Shown in pieces: positions 49,424 to 58,511 of a stretch of DNA of 64,000 nucleotides. The translations under genes were made by a program, and so were the position numbers. Within the stretch, counting starts at the first letter, position 1, and each line of letters begins with the position of its first letter. Under the pieces are notes generated by a model. That model was not told where the DNA came from, did not search any database, and saw only the letters and a list, made by a program, of their open reading frames with translations. Origin of the DNA: Candidatus Poribacteria bacterium (GTDB lineage: Bacteria > Poribacteria > WGA-4E > PCPOR2b); the NCBI GenBank assembly GCA_965116925.1, contig OZ220744.1, positions 4,096,001 to 4,160,000 of the forward strand, written 5' to 3'.

Positions 49424-51661
49424 ATGCCAACGGATCGAAATCTTATTCATCAAACGCTCAAAGGCAATCTACGGGCTTTCGACACCTTGGTCCAGAAATA
49501 TCAGCCGGTGGTCTATGCCCGGGCGCGGCTTATCGTACAAAATCCGCACGATGCCGAAGATCTAACGCAAGAAGTCTTTATCAAAGCGTATCAAAATCTT
49601 CCAAAACTGCGCGATGCCAGTCGGTTCGCCGGTTGGCTATCGCGAATTGTGAAGAATGTCTGCGTGACATGGATCCACCAGCAGAAGGAAATATCAAAAT
49701 CTTGCCCGATAGACGCGGATCCAATTGCGAGTCTGTCTGCTGCTGAGGCGACGCCGGAACAATTCCTGATGAAAAAAGAGTTGAACCAGACAATCCTGAA
49801 GGCAATTAATTCACTGCCTGCTGTGGATGGGGCGGTCGCGCACGATTTCTACATTGACCACCTCAGCTATGATGAAATCTCAGAGGAACACGGATTGTCG
49901 CATCGTGCCATCGCTAGTCGACTGCATCGCGCCAAACAACGCATCGCTCAGAAAGTCAAGCATTCGTTCAGCGCGTTTGGTATTTTCTGGAAGGATTGGG
50001 GAACATCCATGCTAAAGGGGACGAAAATTATGTCAACCCTTTCGCGTGCTTGGTCTATCTCTTTCGCAATTCACCTCGGTTTTGCTAGTGTCATTGGAAG
50101 TGTCATTGGAGGGTATTTGGTAACACAGAACCAATCATTCAAGGAGTTGACAGGCGTTGAAATCCCTCAAACAGTGAATACGCCGCCCAAACCGCAAGTT
50201 CAGAAACCCGTCATCAAACTCGTTCAAAAGCCGGAGGTGCCAATTGAAAGCACGGTCACCGTTGAACCGGTTAAAGTCCAACAAAGAACGATGAATATGG
50301 CCATGATTGGGGCAAGTACTGTCCAACCGCAGACCATCTCCGCGTTCTCAAATCAAGCCTTGAAACTTAATGCCCCCCTCAACCCCAATGTGCCGGAGGT
50401 GGTCGACCCCAATGCACCTATGCCTCAGAGTGTAGCACCTACGGATGACCCCGCTTCTAATGCACCCGACGCGCTAACATTGTCTTCACCCGTCGTCATA
50501 GGCACAGGTAAAAACGGTGATCGCGTGAGCCGTGGGGTTGCTGGTTCTGGGGGTATTGGCACAGACAGTGGTAGCGGCGTTGAGCGTGGTGATTTCAGTT
50601 TAGGAAATGATGTGAATCAGGCCCGTACCAGAGGTCATGTTGGCATAGGTTCATTGGTAGGCACCCAAGGGGCAACTAACATTGATGACACGCTTTCCAA
50701 TGTCACCGAGAAGGTAGTATTGGGCGGGGGTGTGCCTGAACTTCCATCTGGAAGCCCCGGTGCTATTGTTGTGGGGCGTGGTCTAGATATGATGGGCCGC
50801 TTAAACCTTGCCCGCTTTGAAAATCCGCTTCACCCCTTTGGAGTTGTATGTGGCAGCGGCGTCGGATATTTCCGATTTGGGGCAGGTTTGTCCTATTTAG
50901 TACAATCACTGAATCAAAAGACTAAAATCAAGACCCAACTTGTTGAGGCAGTCCAACTCAAGGATGCGGCACTCTTTCAGACACCGATTCTTTTTATGGA
51001 ACCGATGCCCGGCGGCTCAAAGATAAGTTCAGAACACGAGAAGGAACTGTTCTACTCTCATGGCAATCCAATATGGAATACTGCGCGTAGTAAATACACG
51101 GATGCTGAAGTCCAAAGACTACGGGAGTATGTGATTAATCGTGGGGGATTCGTTTATATAGCGACGCATGGAAATACAGATAACGCAATGAAAGGGACAA
51201 GAAAGGTGTTGCGGGACCTCCTGCCAGAGCATCAACTTGGTCTTATTCCCAATGATCACCCGATTTACAACAGTTATTACTCGCTAAATGGTCCTTTGCG
51301 TTTTCCGCTGCGCAAGATCGGAGCTTTCGGAGCTACCATCTCTCTTCACTTTGGTCCTTACTCCGAGCTACAAGGTATCACGATTGATGGTCGTCTTGCT
51401 GTCTTGGTTGATACCGAGCAGATGATGCATGTGATCGATGGCAAAGTTCAGAAACCCTTCTACGGCAAGTTCCAAAATCAGAATCAGATTTTAGAGGAAT
51501 TTGCCCCCCACGCGGCGCGGCACATGATTAACATTGTGGTCTATGCCATCACACATGGGAATATTTCAGATTACTCCGGTTATGTGCCAGCAGATAAGCG
51601 AGAGCAGCAAAGATTTCCAACCCGTGCGCCGCAAGCCGCAGCAATTAGAGCGGTTGAATAA
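49424..51661 (+). CDS. ECF sigma factor fused to TM helix, Pro-rich linker and DUF4159-like domain
   Basis: Region 2 DAEDLTQEVFIKAY...FAGWL and region 4 LSYDEIS...SRLHRAK; TM SFAIH; C-terminal E...LREY...GGF, P.DHPIY, GI.IDGRLAV, NIVVYA. Confidence 0.85.
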   Translation: MPTDRNLIHQTLKGNLRAFDTLVQKYQPVVYARARLIVQNPHDAEDLTQEVFIKAYQNLPKLRDASRFAGWLSRIVKNVCVTWIHQQKEISKSCPIDADPIASLSAAEATPEQFLMKKELNQTILKAINSLPAVDGAVAHDFYIDHLSYDEISEEHGLSHRAIASRLHRAKQRIAQKVKHSFSAFGIFWKDWGTSMLKGTKIMSTLSRAWSISFAIHLGFASVIGSVIGGYLVTQNQSFKELTGVEIPQTVNTPPKPQVQKPVIKLVQKPEVPIESTVTVEPVKVQQRTMNMAMIGASTVQPQTISAFSNQALKLNAPLNPNVPEVVDPNAPMPQSVAPTDDPASNAPDALTLSSPVVIGTGKNGDRVSRGVAGSGGIGTDSGSGVERGDFSLGNDVNQARTRGHVGIGSLVGTQGATNIDDTLSNVTEKVVLGGGVPELPSGSPGAIVVGRGLDMMGRLNLARFENPLHPFGVVCGSGVGYFRFGAGLSYLVQSLNQKTKIKTQLVEAVQLKDAALFQTPILFMEPMPGGSKISSEHEKELFYSHGNPIWNTARSKYTDAEVQRLREYVINRGGFVYIATHGNTDNAMKGTRKVLRDLLPEHQLGLIPNDHPIYNSYYSLNGPLRFPLRKIGAFGATISLHFGPYSELQGITIDGRLAVLVDTEQMMHVIDGKVQKPFYGKFQNQNQILEEFAPHAARHMINIVVYAITHGNISDYSGYVPADKREQQRFPTRAPQAAAIRAVE

Positions 51662-51690
51662 CAGCCCTGAAAGATGTGAAGATAGTAACC

Positions 51691-52006
51691 TATAGTGAAT
51701 TCTAAAAATAATAGGACTTACGCACTTCAGTAGGGAACGCAGATCTGCGTTCCCTACGAACCCCTTATGGAATCTCTGTTGTAGTTACCCGATTCATCGG
51801 GCGTTGGGACGAGTGTGCAGAGGCGATAAATCGCCGAACTACAAAACGTTGAGCATTCAACTGCGTAACTCCTAAATAAATAAACATTTTCGCCCCTCGG
51901 TTTCGATCCCCCCGATAAATCGGGGTAAACTAATTATCGGGGCCGGTAGGTGCGGTTTTCAATCGCACCGGTTTGGAGTGTCTCAATAATTCTAAATCGG
52001 ACTTTA
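51691..52006. mobile_element. MITE family C containing family A MITE (51712-51874)
   Basis: TATAGTGAATTCTAAAAATAA end; inner element flanked by AATAA duplication; the remainder matches the reverse complement of 9718-9820. Confidence 0.78.
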
Positions 52007-52058
52007 GCATGTGGTAGTATGTCAAAAACCAACTATTCGCTTTAAGGAGGTTATCCTC

Positions 52059-53669
52059 ATGAAATCTCACCACAAGTACCGCTTCTGGTTCGTTTCTGTA
52101 TTGGTCCATTTATGCCTTGCGATTGTCTTCAGTGTCGCCATCATCAATCAAACGACTCCGAGTGATGTTGATACTTTAGAAGTGAGTATTCTACAAGTTA
52201 AACCGGTGCCGCTTGTAAAGAAAACACCCCGTATAGAGGCACCTATTGTCACGCCGACACCAGTGCCTAAGTTTCAAATTGAACCTCAGTCAACGTCAGT
52301 ACAGACCCGAACGCTCACAACCCGTCAGGTGAGATCTACGTCCGTATCTGTACCGAAAGCCGCAGCGGTGGATGCCCCGGTATCTCAGTCTCCGGCACAA
52401 TCTGTGCGTGCAGAAATTTCTGTCCAAAGCGCATCTCAGGTCAATGACCGTCCCGCTCAATCACTTGCCACTGCTGTTGATCTCCCTGTTCAGTCGGATG
52501 CCCCGTTAGCGGCAGGATTGAGCGAGGGGAGTTCGCTCTCTGGCGCAGGCAGTCTTGGCGGAGGTAGTGGTAGTGGGGTTGGACGGGGTTCCTTCGGTTT
52601 AGGAGGTGGTGTGAGCCAAACCCCGACTAGAGGAGGAACGGGTTTAAGTTCGCTGGTCGGTGCTGAAGGCGCGTCTAACATAGACGACACACTTGCCAAC
52701 GTTACCGAAAAGGTAACGCTAGGGGGTGGTGTGCCTGAGCTTCCTGCTGGCAGTCCTGGTGCTATAGTTGTGGGTCGCGGTCGAGATATCATGGGTCGCT
52801 TAAACCTTGCTCGTTTTGAAGATCCGCTTCACCCAAGCGCAGATATATGAGGCAGCGGCGTCGGAAATTTCCGATTTGGGGCAGGTCTGTCCTATTTAGT
52901 ACAATCACTGAATCAAAAGACTAAAATCAAGACCCAACTTGTTGAAGCGGTCCACCTGAAAGATGCATCGTTCTTTCAGACACCGATTCTTTTTATGGAA
53001 CCGATACCCGGCGGCTCAAAGGTAACTCCAGAACATCGGAAGAGAGTGTACAATTCCCACAGGATTCCGATCTGGAATACTGCGCGTCCGGGTGGATTAA
53101 GTAAGTACACTGACGCTGAAGTCCAAAGATTGCGAGAATATGTGATCAATCGTGGCGGATTCCTCTATCTAGCAACGCACGGGAATGCGGATAACGCAAT
53201 GAAAGGGACAAGAAAGGTGCTGCGGGACCTCCTGCCAGAGCATCACCTCGGCTTTGTTCCAAATGATCACTCGATTTACAACGCCTATTACTCGCTAAAC
53301 GGTCCTTTGCGTTTTCCCCTGCGCACTATTGGGACTATCGGACATCTCATCCCTCTTCACTTTGGTCCCTATTCCGAATTGCAAGGTATCACGATTGATG
53401 GTCGTCTTGCTGTGTTAGTAGATACCGAGCAGATGATGCATGTGATTGATGGCAAAGTTCAAAGACCTTTCTACGGCAAGTTCCAAAATCAGAATCAGAT
53501 TTTAGAGGAGTTTGCACCCCACGCGGCGCGGCACCTAATCAATGTTGTCGTTTATGCTATCACACATGGGAACATTTCGGATTATAGCAACTACGTTCCT
53601 GAAACACTTAAAAACTCTGGTGATGATAGTTATCGTAAAAAAGCCCCAGTTGTCACACAGAAATTGTAA
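52059..53669 (+). CDS. membrane-anchored DUF4159-like protein with in-frame TGA (candidate selenocysteine at codon 264; 536 aa)
   Basis: AAGGAGG RBS. ORFs 52011-52850 and 52995-53669 are in the same frame, joined by 48 sense codons almost identical to the paralog. TGA 52848-52850 aligns with TGT (Cys) 50849-50851. Confidence 0.7.
52861..52894 (+). promoter_or_regulatory. candidate bacterial SECIS element
   Basis: Hairpin TCGGA-AATT-TCCGA, then stem TGGGGCA/TGTCCTA with GGTC loop (GCAGGTCTG), with the loop 34 nt after the TGA. Confidence 0.55.
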
Positions 53670-53801
53670 GTTGCTGTTCAAACGTCAAACAAGGTTAGGG
53701 AAAAATTGAAAGAGTTGCACGATTTGTCAACAGGCGAATTTTGAAAGGAGGAAGCGGTATGTTTATCTAGCACTATTGAATAAACATACGCACAAATTGT
53801 T

Positions 53802-55484
53802 ATGATGAATTTAATCCGTTATACTTATCCCATTTTTTTTGGTGTATTTCTGTTCGCCTTTTTTATCGGTTGTGGTGATGATGATGACGAGGTTGTTGAC
53901 GTAGGTCCTGCGGTCGTATCAACGCCGGAGGGCGTGGTCAAAGGTACGATTGTAGATTTGGTAACAGAGCAGGGGATTGCGGGCATCCAAGTGACGTTGT
54001 CGTCGTCGAAAAAGTTACCGGGGGGAGATTTTGAACAGGAATCGATAGCGTCAGTCACGACGGATGGGAGTGGCAACTTCGTATTTGGCGAGTTGAAATC
54101 AGGCGAATATATAGTGAAGCTGAATGCCCCGGGTTACTTGGACCAACAAGCGTCGGTAACGGTGACACGTAAAGAGTCAGCGACGGTTCATTTTCGCCTT
54201 GAACCGGGTGTGAGGTTTAAGGGTACAGTCGTATCGGACGATGGAAATGCAGTCTCCAATGTTCTCATCACTCTGGGTGACCGTGCGTCGGTGACCAAGG
54301 GTGGTGGTCAATATGAGATATCGCCTGTATCGAAGGGCGTGTACAACTTGACAGCGGAAAAGCCGGGTTATCAGACGACGCATATACCGGGTCTAGTTGT
54401 AGGTGATAATGATATTTCCCAAAAGGTCACGATTCGTCGTCAAGTAAGGGGTCAGATAGTTTTCGCTCGTGGTGATGTAGCGGGCAAGGACTTTTTTGGT
54501 ATTTCAGTGATAAATGCGGACCGTACGGGTGAGAAGCCGCTGACGCACCTATTCGACGTTAATCCGTCGTGGTCGCCGGGTGGCAATGAAATAGTGTTTA
54601 GTCGTTCAGAAGCCAACCGTCCGTTCCAAATCTATATAATGGACAGCGGTGGTGGGAACGCCAGACCCATCAGTGGGGATCACTTCAATGATAGACATCC
54701 AGCGTGGTCACCCGATGGTCGTCGTCTAGCGTTTGTTCATGCACGTGCGTTGGGTCAACCTGCGGTTTACACGATGGATTCAAATGGAGACAATCGTGTT
54801 CGTCTTGCGGATTGCCATGCGGATTCCCGTCCAGCGTGGTCACCCGACGGTAGTCAGCTTATCTATAACCATGCGCTTAAGGAAGGGATTCGTAATCTTT
54901 TTGTGTTGGACATAGAGACATTTCTCGCCGCCAAGGAGGCACCTCCTACCCAAGTCATACCAGAACCGGAACCAGAACCGGAACCAGAGATAGTGCCGGA
55001 ACCAGAACCAGACCCTGAACCAGAGGTAGAACAAAAGCCGGAACCGGAGCCAGACCCGCATCAAACGCCGGATGGGGAGAAAGATAAACAGGAAGGTGAG
55101 GGTGATCCGCCTCAAGCACCGAGTGCCGATCCACCAGCCATAGAAGAGGGTATTCACCGTTTGACAACGAGTACGCACCACGATATCCACCCGGATTGGA
55201 GTCCAGATGGTTCAAAATTGGTGTTTACCAAGGAGAGTGCGCCGCTGAACGCTGCGGTGTATGTTCTGGATCTGTTTTCGCTGGTTCAGACCCGGTTGAC
55301 GGGTGAGGAGGGTTACAACGGGTATCCGTGTTGGTCTACCGATGGGACAAAGATAATCTTCAGCAGTAACCGCAACGGTAGTTTGGGTATCTGGATGATG
55401 GATGCCGATGGTAGTAATACCGCCCTTATTTTTGATGAATTGGGACAGGATGATATTATCAGCCAGCAGGCATGGCGTGAGTAA
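53802..55484 (+). CDS. lipoprotein with carboxypeptidase-regulatory-like domains and TolB-like PD40 propeller
   Basis: Lipobox FIGC followed by an acidic tail; two beta-sandwich domains; WSPDG repeats interrupted by a (PE)n linker. Confidence 0.85.
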   Translation: MMNLIRYTYPIFFGVFLFAFFIGCGDDDDEVVDVGPAVVSTPEGVVKGTIVDLVTEQGIAGIQVTLSSSKKLPGGDFEQESIASVTTDGSGNFVFGELKSGEYIVKLNAPGYLDQQASVTVTRKESATVHFRLEPGVRFKGTVVSDDGNAVSNVLITLGDRASVTKGGGQYEISPVSKGVYNLTAEKPGYQTTHIPGLVVGDNDISQKVTIRRQVRGQIVFARGDVAGKDFFGISVINADRTGEKPLTHLFDVNPSWSPGGNEIVFSRSEANRPFQIYIMDSGGGNARPISGDHFNDRHPAWSPDGRRLAFVHARALGQPAVYTMDSNGDNRVRLADCHADSRPAWSPDGSQLIYNHALKEGIRNLFVLDIETFLAAKEAPPTQVIPEPEPEPEPEIVPEPEPDPEPEVEQKPEPEPDPHQTPDGEKDKQEGEGDPPQAPSADPPAIEEGIHRLTTSTHHDIHPDWSPDGSKLVFTKESAPLNAAVYVLDLFSLVQTRLTGEEGYNGYPCWSTDGTKIIFSSNRNGSLGIWMMDADGSNTALIFDELGQDDIISQQAWRE

Positions 55485-55529
55485 AAGGCAAATCCCATAT
55501 CTGAAACAACAACATTAGCTTTCAAACCG

Positions 55530-55557
55530 AAGCGTCGCTGTTTAGCGGCGCTTTTTG
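55530..55557 (+). terminator. intrinsic terminator
   Basis: AAGCGTCGCTG-TT-TAGCGGCGCTT stem followed by a T-run, about 45 nt after the stop. Confidence 0.65.
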
Positions 55558-55769
55558 GGTTTTATGGCAATCCAATCTAGCGACCCGTAGCACCTTAATC
55601 AAAGGATAAGCCCAATTCAAGGCGTATCATCATTTCACTTACACAAGGGTTTCTTGGAAAATTGGTAGACCACCTTCCTTTGCTCAACACGTTAGGCAAA
55701 TCAACTTTTATCCATTGAGGAACGTTCAGGGAAATACTGTACAGCACTTGGGACATTGTTCATTGTGCA

Positions 55770-55798
55770 TTGACAAATCTACAGCATTTTGGGATAAT
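55770..55798 (+). promoter_or_regulatory. sigma70-type promoter
   Basis: TTGACA-17 nt-GATAAT upstream of the CDS at 55839. Confidence 0.55.
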
Positions 55799-55838
55799 CT
55801 TCTATCTTTGATTGATCGACTAAGAGGAGGTTACCGTA

Positions 55839-56531
55839 ATGCAAACACCCGATTTTGCTAGGACAGATTTCAGCCAGTTGGTGGATAAGGATCTGCAATT
55901 CCTGATTGAGAGTTTCCCCAAGCCGGGGCGGAGCTATGAAGAGATTGCTCAGTTGATCCATCATCTACCGAGAACGCTTGAATCTATGCTAAACAGTGAA
56001 TCCTTGTTCAACAAGATCCGCGATCGAAGTCTGCTGATATTGGAGATTTCACCGTTTCTATTCTTCAGTGTACTCCTGCGTCGCAGCTTAATGGACCAGA
56101 GAATCATAGGGGATAAGAAGGTAATCAACTATATCGCGAATCTCCTCAGTCTGTTCGTTAGGACAGATCGATTGTATCGCGTCCATCGACATGATAAACA
56201 GACCCATCACTATCTGACGGACATGGCTCAAGAGGCAGCAAACGCAGATACCCGCCGGCAGTTCCTCATCTACTCCCATATTGGCAATTACTCACTTTAT
56301 ACTACAGGCATCTTTCCACAGTGGATCGAATATCGTCGTCGGTATAAAAACCGTCCGGTGAATACACAATTTTATGTCGATTTTGGGCGCGAATACTATG
56401 AACGAGCCTCATCACATACGATGGCACGGGAATATGATCTCGGTGAAGTCTTTTTTCGTCTGTCGATTATGTTTGAAGTCTATAAAGAAGCACTTAATCA
56501 TCTCGCAAAACAGTATTTAGTTTTGTCGTAA
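55839..56531 (+). CDS. hypothetical protein
   Basis: 230-aa ORF with GAGGAGG RBS and an upstream promoter. Confidence 0.75.
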   Translation: MQTPDFARTDFSQLVDKDLQFLIESFPKPGRSYEEIAQLIHHLPRTLESMLNSESLFNKIRDRSLLILEISPFLFFSVLLRRSLMDQRIIGDKKVINYIANLLSLFVRTDRLYRVHRHDKQTHHYLTDMAQEAANADTRRQFLIYSHIGNYSLYTTGIFPQWIEYRRRYKNRPVNTQFYVDFGREYYERASSHTMAREYDLGEVFFRLSIMFEVYKEALNHLAKQYLVLS

Positions 56532-56596
56532 ATGAGGAAGACGAACAAATTGGGAAACGGGAAAGAGCGGAACGAAAGGCAGGAGGTATAACAAGC

Positions 56597-57478
56597 ATGG
56601 ATAAGGTAGATGTACACGTGCACGTGTTCGCCAAGTTGAGCGACGTATACCCGCGCGGCGTCAGTGGCTTGGCACCGGCGGACAAAGAAGCCACCGCCGA
56701 ACAATTGCTGAGGGAGATGGACGCGGCGGATATCGCCAAGACGGTGTTGATTGATATGGGAGGCACTCGAATCGAGGAGCATAGGTATGTAACCCACTGC
56801 GTCCAGAAGTGGCCCGACCGCTTTACTGCTACTGGACTAGTGGATGCAGACGATCCAGATCCGCCCACGCGCCTGAAGGAGTTGGTCGAAGCTACCGGCA
56901 TTGAAGGCATCCGAATCGGCGATCTCGGCGATCCGAATGCCACACGTGTCGAGGCTCTGAAGGCTTACCCTCTGTTTCAGTGTGCGGACGAGTTGGGCGT
57001 CAATATTAATATCTATACAGGTAGTGCCAACATCGACTGTGTTGAGATGTTGGCGACTGCCTTCCCCAACCTCAACATCTCTCTGGATCACCTCGGTGTG
57101 ATGCCAAGTACCCCTAGCGTAGTAGACCGCTGGGGCCGTCCCCGCTTTGACGATGAGCCGTTGCCACCTGCAACCTATCCACGGGTTATCGACATGGCAC
57201 GATTCCCCAATGTGTACATTAAAGTTTCGGGAGAATACGCTTTTTCCAAGAAGCCTTGGCCCTACGAAGACATGCAACCGATGGTCAGGGGGATCTACCA
57301 AGCCTATGGACCCGATCGTATGATGTGGTGCACAGACTCTCCGTGGATCCTTGAAGAGCCGGGCTACCAGAAACTGGTAGATCTAATCGACTTTCATCTG
57401 CCTTCCCTCAGCAAGGGCGAAAAAGACAAAATCATGGGGGGGACGGCACTGAAGATTTGGTTCAAAAGGGAGAATTGA
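56597..57478 (+). CDS. amidohydrolase family 2 protein
   Basis: DVHVH, LDHLG, YIKVSG and RMMWCTDSPW motifs. Confidence 0.9.
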   Translation: MDKVDVHVHVFAKLSDVYPRGVSGLAPADKEATAEQLLREMDAADIAKTVLIDMGGTRIEEHRYVTHCVQKWPDRFTATGLVDADDPDPPTRLKELVEATGIEGIRIGDLGDPNATRVEALKAYPLFQCADELGVNINIYTGSANIDCVEMLATAFPNLNISLDHLGVMPSTPSVVDRWGRPRFDDEPLPPATYPRVIDMARFPNVYIKVSGEYAFSKKPWPYEDMQPMVRGIYQAYGPDRMMWCTDSPWILEEPGYQKLVDLIDFHLPSLSKGEKDKIMGGTALKIWFKREN

Positions 57479-57646
57479 GGCGGAACGATAAGATCAGTCG
57501 AGGGGCTTGGGCTCTCATGTAACGGAGCCGGTTCGTCGGAGGGCACGGAGCTCCCTCAACGAACCGGGGGGATCTGTATTGACGTACTCCCAAACCTAAA
57601 GGATTGGGATTTAGACCTAAAGGGTTTTTCGTTAAGTGTATAGGTC

Positions 57647-58447
57647 CTATGTGAGCAATTCCCTAGGGATACGAGAGCCAGTATATTCTACGTTTGCATC
57701 GCGGTTGGCAATGATTTCAGGAATATCGTCCTCCCAATTGTCGGGAATTGTCATGGGACGCTTATGCCACGCTAAGATCAGGGTTCGTCGCTCGTCTGTC
57801 AGGTTCCTGTGTGCCGAGTGCAGGACGCGGGCATCCGCCAAGACGAGTGCCCCTGCTTTAGCGAAGACATTTACCTGATCCGGATGATCACTGAACATGA
57901 TCGGATGGTCCTCCTCAACAAACCGAGCTCCTTGTTCGTGGGCTGGAACCAGTTGATCATGCAGTGGAATCCGATTAAGATGGGTGCCGGGGATAATCTT
58001 GAGACAGCCGTTTTCAACGGTTGTATCGGTTAAGTAGTAGGACACGAACATGGTCTGGGGCCATGGCGAACAACTCATTGGATCGTTCCATAGCATCCAA
58101 TCTTGGTGCCAATAGAGCGCAGGTTCCTCAGGATCCTTAGTAAGGATGATAATCCCTCCGGTACTCTCGAAGTCCCCAAAGCCCATCTGCTCAAGTGCTA
58201 CGCGTGACGGTTGCCAATCCAACAGTTTCTGGATAATTGGGTTGTCCACACCCCGCACACCTACATGTTGCCCTTGATACCTCACGTCAGGTGGTGGTTC
58301 ATGCCCGGCGATCAAGCGTTCTGATTCTTCTCGCAGTTCCTGTAAAAAATCTTCAGTTAAGACGTCATCTACCACACAGTAGCCATCGCGTATCACCTGT
58401 TCTCGCTTTTGCAGTGCTACCTCTGGTGTCATACTGTTCTCCTTCAT
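57647..58447 (-). CDS. phytanoyl-CoA dioxygenase (PhyH) family protein
   Basis: DGYCVV, WHQD, NGCL.IIPGTH and KAG...LHSA..N...R motifs. Confidence 0.9.
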   Translation of the reverse strand: MKENSMTPEVALQKREQVIRDGYCVVDDVLTEDFLQELREESERLIAGHEPPPDVRYQGQHVGVRGVDNPIIQKLLDWQPSRVALEQMGFGDFESTGGIIILTKDPEEPALYWHQDWMLWNDPMSCSPWPQTMFVSYYLTDTTVENGCLKIIPGTHLNRIPLHDQLVPAHEQGARFVEEDHPIMFSDHPDQVNVFAKAGALVLADARVLHSAHRNLTDERRTLILAWHKRPMTIPDNWEDDIPEIIANRDANVEYTGSRIPRELLT

Positions 58448-58511
58448 ACTATCTTTGCTTTAATCAACAGAAATATCCTTCCATTACCATAGCCATCGTA
58501 AAACATAAAAT

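Noticed and set aside
52848..52850. Genome-wide UGA reassignment (code 4/25) explaining the in-frame TGA
   Set aside because: Many genes here end in TGA at their expected C-termini (e.g. prfA, rho, 9118, 30772), and TGG is used for Trp.
50690..53590. Diversity-generating retroelement TR/VR pair
   Set aside because: The differences are not confined to adenines, include an indel, and no reverse transcriptase is present in the window.
52995..53669. Independent 224-aa gene as listed in the ORF track
   Set aside because: It starts mid-domain without an evident RBS, and the preceding 48 in-frame codons are conserved with the paralog.
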